Source of the DNA: Blastocatellia bacterium
GTDB taxonomy: Bacteria; Acidobacteriota; Blastocatellia; UBA7656
NCBI GenBank assembly: GCA_963832205.1
Contig: CAWHTK010000005.1
Coordinates: 44,318-108,317 of the forward strand
Length of the DNA stretch: 64,000 bases
Direction of reading: 5' to 3'
The notes below the pieces were generated by a model. The model was given only the letters and a program-made list of their open reading frames with translations, did not search any database and was not told the origin of the DNA. The translations under genes were made by a program, and so were the position numbers. Each line of letters opens with the position of its first letter. The first letter of the stretch is position 1. Below are positions 61,275-64,000 of this stretch, in pieces.

Positions 61275-61769
61275 ATGACGCGACGAAAGTTTATAAAGGG
61301 GACGGGCGCGACCGCCGTCGGCGCGGCAGTTGTCACGAAACCGGCCCTGGGAGCCGCTTCCAGGGCAAGCAGCTCGCAGTCTAAGGGAAAGGCGTCGAAA
61401 AAAATCATCTCGACCGACCGCGCTCCCAAACCCATCGGCCCTTACTCGCAAGCCGTGGTAGCGGGCAATACGGTCTATGTCGCGGGGCAGGGGCCTTTCG
61501 ACCCCGTCACGCGCAAGCTCATAGAAGGGGGTTTCGAACAACACGCCGTGCAGACTTTTGAAAACGTGAAGGCGATACTCGAAGGGGCCGGGGCGACGCT
61601 CGGCGACGTGGTCAAGGTAAACGTATACCTGGCGGACCTTACGAACTTCGCGAAGATGAACGAAATCTACACGCGTTACTTCAAGTCCGACTTTCCGGTT
61701 CGCACGACCGTCGGCACCGCGCTTCTCGGCGGGATGTTAATCGAAGTCGACTGCATCGCGGCGATTTAA
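61275..61769 (+). CDS. RidA/YjgF/L-PSP family enamine/imine deaminase with twin-arginine (Tat) signal peptide
   Basis: MTRRKFIKGTGATAVGAAVVTKPALGAAS; RidA core APKPIGPYSQAVVAGNTVYVAGQ... Confidence 0.8.
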   Translation: MTRRKFIKGTGATAVGAAVVTKPALGAASRASSSQSKGKASKKIISTDRAPKPIGPYSQAVVAGNTVYVAGQGPFDPVTRKLIEGGFEQHAVQTFENVKAILEGAGATLGDVVKVNVYLADLTNFAKMNEIYTRYFKSDFPVRTTVGTALLGGMLIEVDCIAAI

Positions 61770-62284
61770 TGTGGATTATTCGGTGGGCGAAGTCGCTAAG
61801 CAAATCAAACGAATTTGAGATACCCATACGAAACTTCGGTAAGGTCGATGGCTGGCTCTACCGCGGGGCGCTTCCGGACCGGCGAGGTTATGAATCGCTC
61901 CGCGACAAGCTCGGCATCCAGAGGGTTGTCAGCCTGATAGAGCACCAGACGGAGCTTGATCGCGACCTCGCGCTCGGCTCGGGCGTAAAGGAGTGGGTGC
62001 ATATACCATTCTCCGACCGCCACGCGCCCGACCCTTTGAAGGTGAAAGAGTGGCTCCAGGTCATCGCGACCGCAAAGACCGGAGGATTGATCTACACGCA
62101 CTGCCGCGGAGGGCGTCACCGGACAGGTTTTCTGGTCGCGGTCTATCGCGTGCTGGAGTACGGGTGGAGCAAGCAGCAGGCGTATGAAGAGATGAAAAGA
62201 TACGGCTGGTATGGGGCGCTGGGGCACCGGCCTATCCTCGAATGGTTCTTGAATGATTTTGACCCGGAGAGTTTTCGCCGTTAG
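61769..62284 (+). CDS. Dual-specificity / tyrosine protein phosphatase (CX5R)
   Basis: HCRGGRHRTGFLVAVY P-loop; 1-nt overlap (TAATG) with the RidA gene. Confidence 0.75.
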   Translation: MWIIRWAKSLSKSNEFEIPIRNFGKVDGWLYRGALPDRRGYESLRDKLGIQRVVSLIEHQTELDRDLALGSGVKEWVHIPFSDRHAPDPLKVKEWLQVIATAKTGGLIYTHCRGGRHRTGFLVAVYRVLEYGWSKQQAYEEMKRYGWYGALGHRPILEWFLNDFDPESFRR

Positions 62285-62336
62285 AAGTCCGGGGCGAAGT
62301 TGTAGCAATAGGCCACTCGCGATAGTAGAATGATGG

Positions 62337-62600
62337 GTGAGTATGATCAGGACCGTGCGCGTAGGCGACATAGTAGGCTTCAGGACATTTTCGGGCGCGA
62401 TACGATACGGCGAAGTCGTGGAGTTGCTGATGCGCGGCAGCGACGGGCGCGCGACGCGCAAGGATGAAGTCAGCGTGCGGCTCAAACCCGACGGGCATGT
62501 TGTAATGGTCCAGCGGTGGCGGCTGGCCGAGCGGTATGACGGCAAAAAGATTGCGCGGGCGGCGCAACCGGCTGAGCCGCTCGAACGTAAGGGCAAGTGA
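62337..62600 (+). CDS. Small hypothetical protein (87 aa)
   Basis: ORF only; MSMIRTVRVGDIVGFRTFSGAIRYGEVVELL... Confidence 0.3.
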   Translation: MSMIRTVRVGDIVGFRTFSGAIRYGEVVELLMRGSDGRATRKDEVSVRLKPDGHVVMVQRWRLAERYDGKKIARAAQPAEPLERKGK

Positions 62601-62616
62601 GGAGAGGTAAAAGATA

Positions 62617-63369
62617 TTGATCGGCAGGCGACTTACACTGCTTATAATTCTGACGCTCGGGCTTACCTGCGCAAACATTCATGCGCAGAAGAAGAAGCCT
62701 CCGCGCGAATCTCTTGCCACGCTTGAAAAGCGCGAATCCGAAGCGCGGGGCGAGCTGATCAAGGCCGCCGAGGAGTATAAGAAATCGCTTGAGCGACTGC
62801 TCGTGCTTCAAGAGCGCGATGTCAAGGAGGCTCAGGAATTATTCGAGCGGCGCAAGGCGCTTTTCGAGCAGAAGATCATATCGAAGCGCGACCTTGACGC
62901 GGGCGAGCAAATACTCGCGACGGCCCGCACAAAAGCTGAAGTGACGCGCAAGGAGATGAAAGGGACCGACACGCTCGTGGCCGAGGTCAAGGCCGAGGAG
63001 CAGCTTGCCAGAATGCCGAAGCCGCGAGTAAACGCGTACCAGGCGACGGCCGCGCTCATCCGTTACAGCGGCGCGGGCCGGTGGTCGATTAGCGACGCCT
63101 CAAAAGTACAATCTTTCTTCGCCTCTCGCTTCGGCCGCTCGCTGCCGGTGAGCGCATACGGCCAGACATCGGTTCATGACCGGCTGGGTTTTGATCATCG
63201 CAACTCGGTCGACGTGGCGGTTCATCCCGACAGCGCCGAAGGGCAGGCGCTAATCGCTTATCTTCGCAGCATGGGAATACCGTTTCTGGCGTTCCGTCAC
63301 GCCATACCGGGCTCGGCCACCGGGGCTCACATACACATCGGCCGTCCGTCCCACAGGATCGCCCGATAA
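62617..63369 (+). CDS. Secreted coiled-coil protein with C-terminal domain weakly resembling M15/VanY peptidase Zn site
   Basis: Signal peptide MIGRRLTLLIILTLGLTCANIHAQ; charged helical region; C-terminal SVHDRLGFDHRNSVDVAV ... GAHIHIG. Confidence 0.4.
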   Translation: MIGRRLTLLIILTLGLTCANIHAQKKKPPRESLATLEKRESEARGELIKAAEEYKKSLERLLVLQERDVKEAQELFERRKALFEQKIISKRDLDAGEQILATARTKAEVTRKEMKGTDTLVAEVKAEEQLARMPKPRVNAYQATAALIRYSGAGRWSISDASKVQSFFASRFGRSLPVSAYGQTSVHDRLGFDHRNSVDVAVHPDSAEGQALIAYLRSMGIPFLAFRHAIPGSATGAHIHIGRPSHRIAR

Positions 63370-63479
63370 AGCGGAGCGCCCGAGAGATAAAGATGCGCCG
63401 CGCGCTTGCGCCCGCTCGCCCCTCGACTGTAACCTGTCACCTACTCACGCTGCGTCATGCATAGAAAGTGTGAGTCGTC

Positions 63480-63917
63480 GTGTCGCCGACTTTCAATGAG
63501 GACACTGCCAGAATGAACGTAGGAAGCGAGTGGATAGTTGATGCCGAAGGCTGTTCAGCCGATCTTCTTGCGCAGACCGAAGCGGTCGACCGAGTCTGCG
63601 CGGAGATTATTAAAGACCTTGAGCTTCAGGTGATCGGCAGTCCGGCCTGGCACAAGTTTCCGGGGCCGGGCGGTGTAACCGGTCTGTTTTTGCTTACCGA
63701 ATCTCACCTGGCATGCCACACCTACCCTGAGACAGGAATCGCCACGTTTAACCTTTACTGCTGCCGCGCGCGCCCCGAGTGGCCATGGCAGGAGCGGCTC
63801 GCGCGCTCGCTCGGCGCGACGCGCGTGAGCGTGCGACAGGTGACGCGCGGGCAGGCCGATAAATCGCCTCAGACGATGAACCATTTTCTCGTGGCAACTG
63901 AGCCGGAGGTCAGATAG
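63480..63917 (+). CDS. S-adenosylmethionine decarboxylase proenzyme-like (pyruvoyl-dependent, SpeH/SpeD small class)
   Basis: LFLLTESHLACHTYPETGIATFNLYCC matches the E-S-H / S-x-H-T-[WY]-P-E self-cleavage motif; start may be the internal MNVGSEW (63513). Confidence 0.55.
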   Translation: MSPTFNEDTARMNVGSEWIVDAEGCSADLLAQTEAVDRVCAEIIKDLELQVIGSPAWHKFPGPGGVTGLFLLTESHLACHTYPETGIATFNLYCCRARPEWPWQERLARSLGATRVSVRQVTRGQADKSPQTMNHFLVATEPEVR

Positions 63918-64000
63918 CGTTGAGCCCCGTAGAGATTTCCTGCCCCGCCTGCGGCGCGCCTATAACTTTTAAGATAGGCTCGTCCATCGTAACGATATGC

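Overview
High-GC bacterial chromosome segment; gene content and protein families suggest Acidobacteriota, but that assignment is tentative. It is mostly a core block: the rpoB 3' end and rpoC, then the str operon (rpsL-rpsG-fusA-tuf), then complete S10, spc and alpha ribosomal-protein operons (rpsJ through rplQ, with secY-adk-map-rpmJ). These are followed by accB-accC, thiE, a DUF1573 gene, rnz, acpS, rpoD, a UbiB-type kinase, purA, trxA, glgA, a large TonB-dependent receptor, a LytS/LytTR two-component pair, and a compact operon of a beta-lactamase-like gene, an M15-like peptidase, an amidoligase-like gene and a DUF4157 gene. The findings worth most attention are these. (1) About 10 kb of accessory DNA sits between rpoC and rpsL. 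It carries a secreted trypsin-like protease, a secreted protein built from 10-residue repeats (30-bp DNA tandem repeats), and two translationally coupled AAA_35-type P-loop NTPase genes. One NTPase is fused to a CadC/OmpR winged helix; the other is fused to a transmembrane helix and 14-15 WD40 repeats. (2) An in-frame TGA falls exactly at the first Cys of the conserved CGC motif of a DUF1573 protein, making it a selenocysteine candidate. (3) Several families of hairpin-forming short repeats occur in the spacers between ribosomal-protein genes, including an identical 16-mer, CTGTAACCTGTCACCT, at three loci. (4) At least seven single-nucleotide indels disrupt otherwise well-conserved genes (rpoC, accC, trxA, the WD40 gene twice, the wHTH-NTPase gene, and a hypothetical gene). 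This pattern looks like uncorrected consensus error rather than gene decay. Unusual ribosomal-protein variants are also present: L24 with a C-terminal Cys4 ribbon, S17 and S14 with N-terminal extensions, and L17 with a Lys-rich tail. infA is absent between map and rpmJ.
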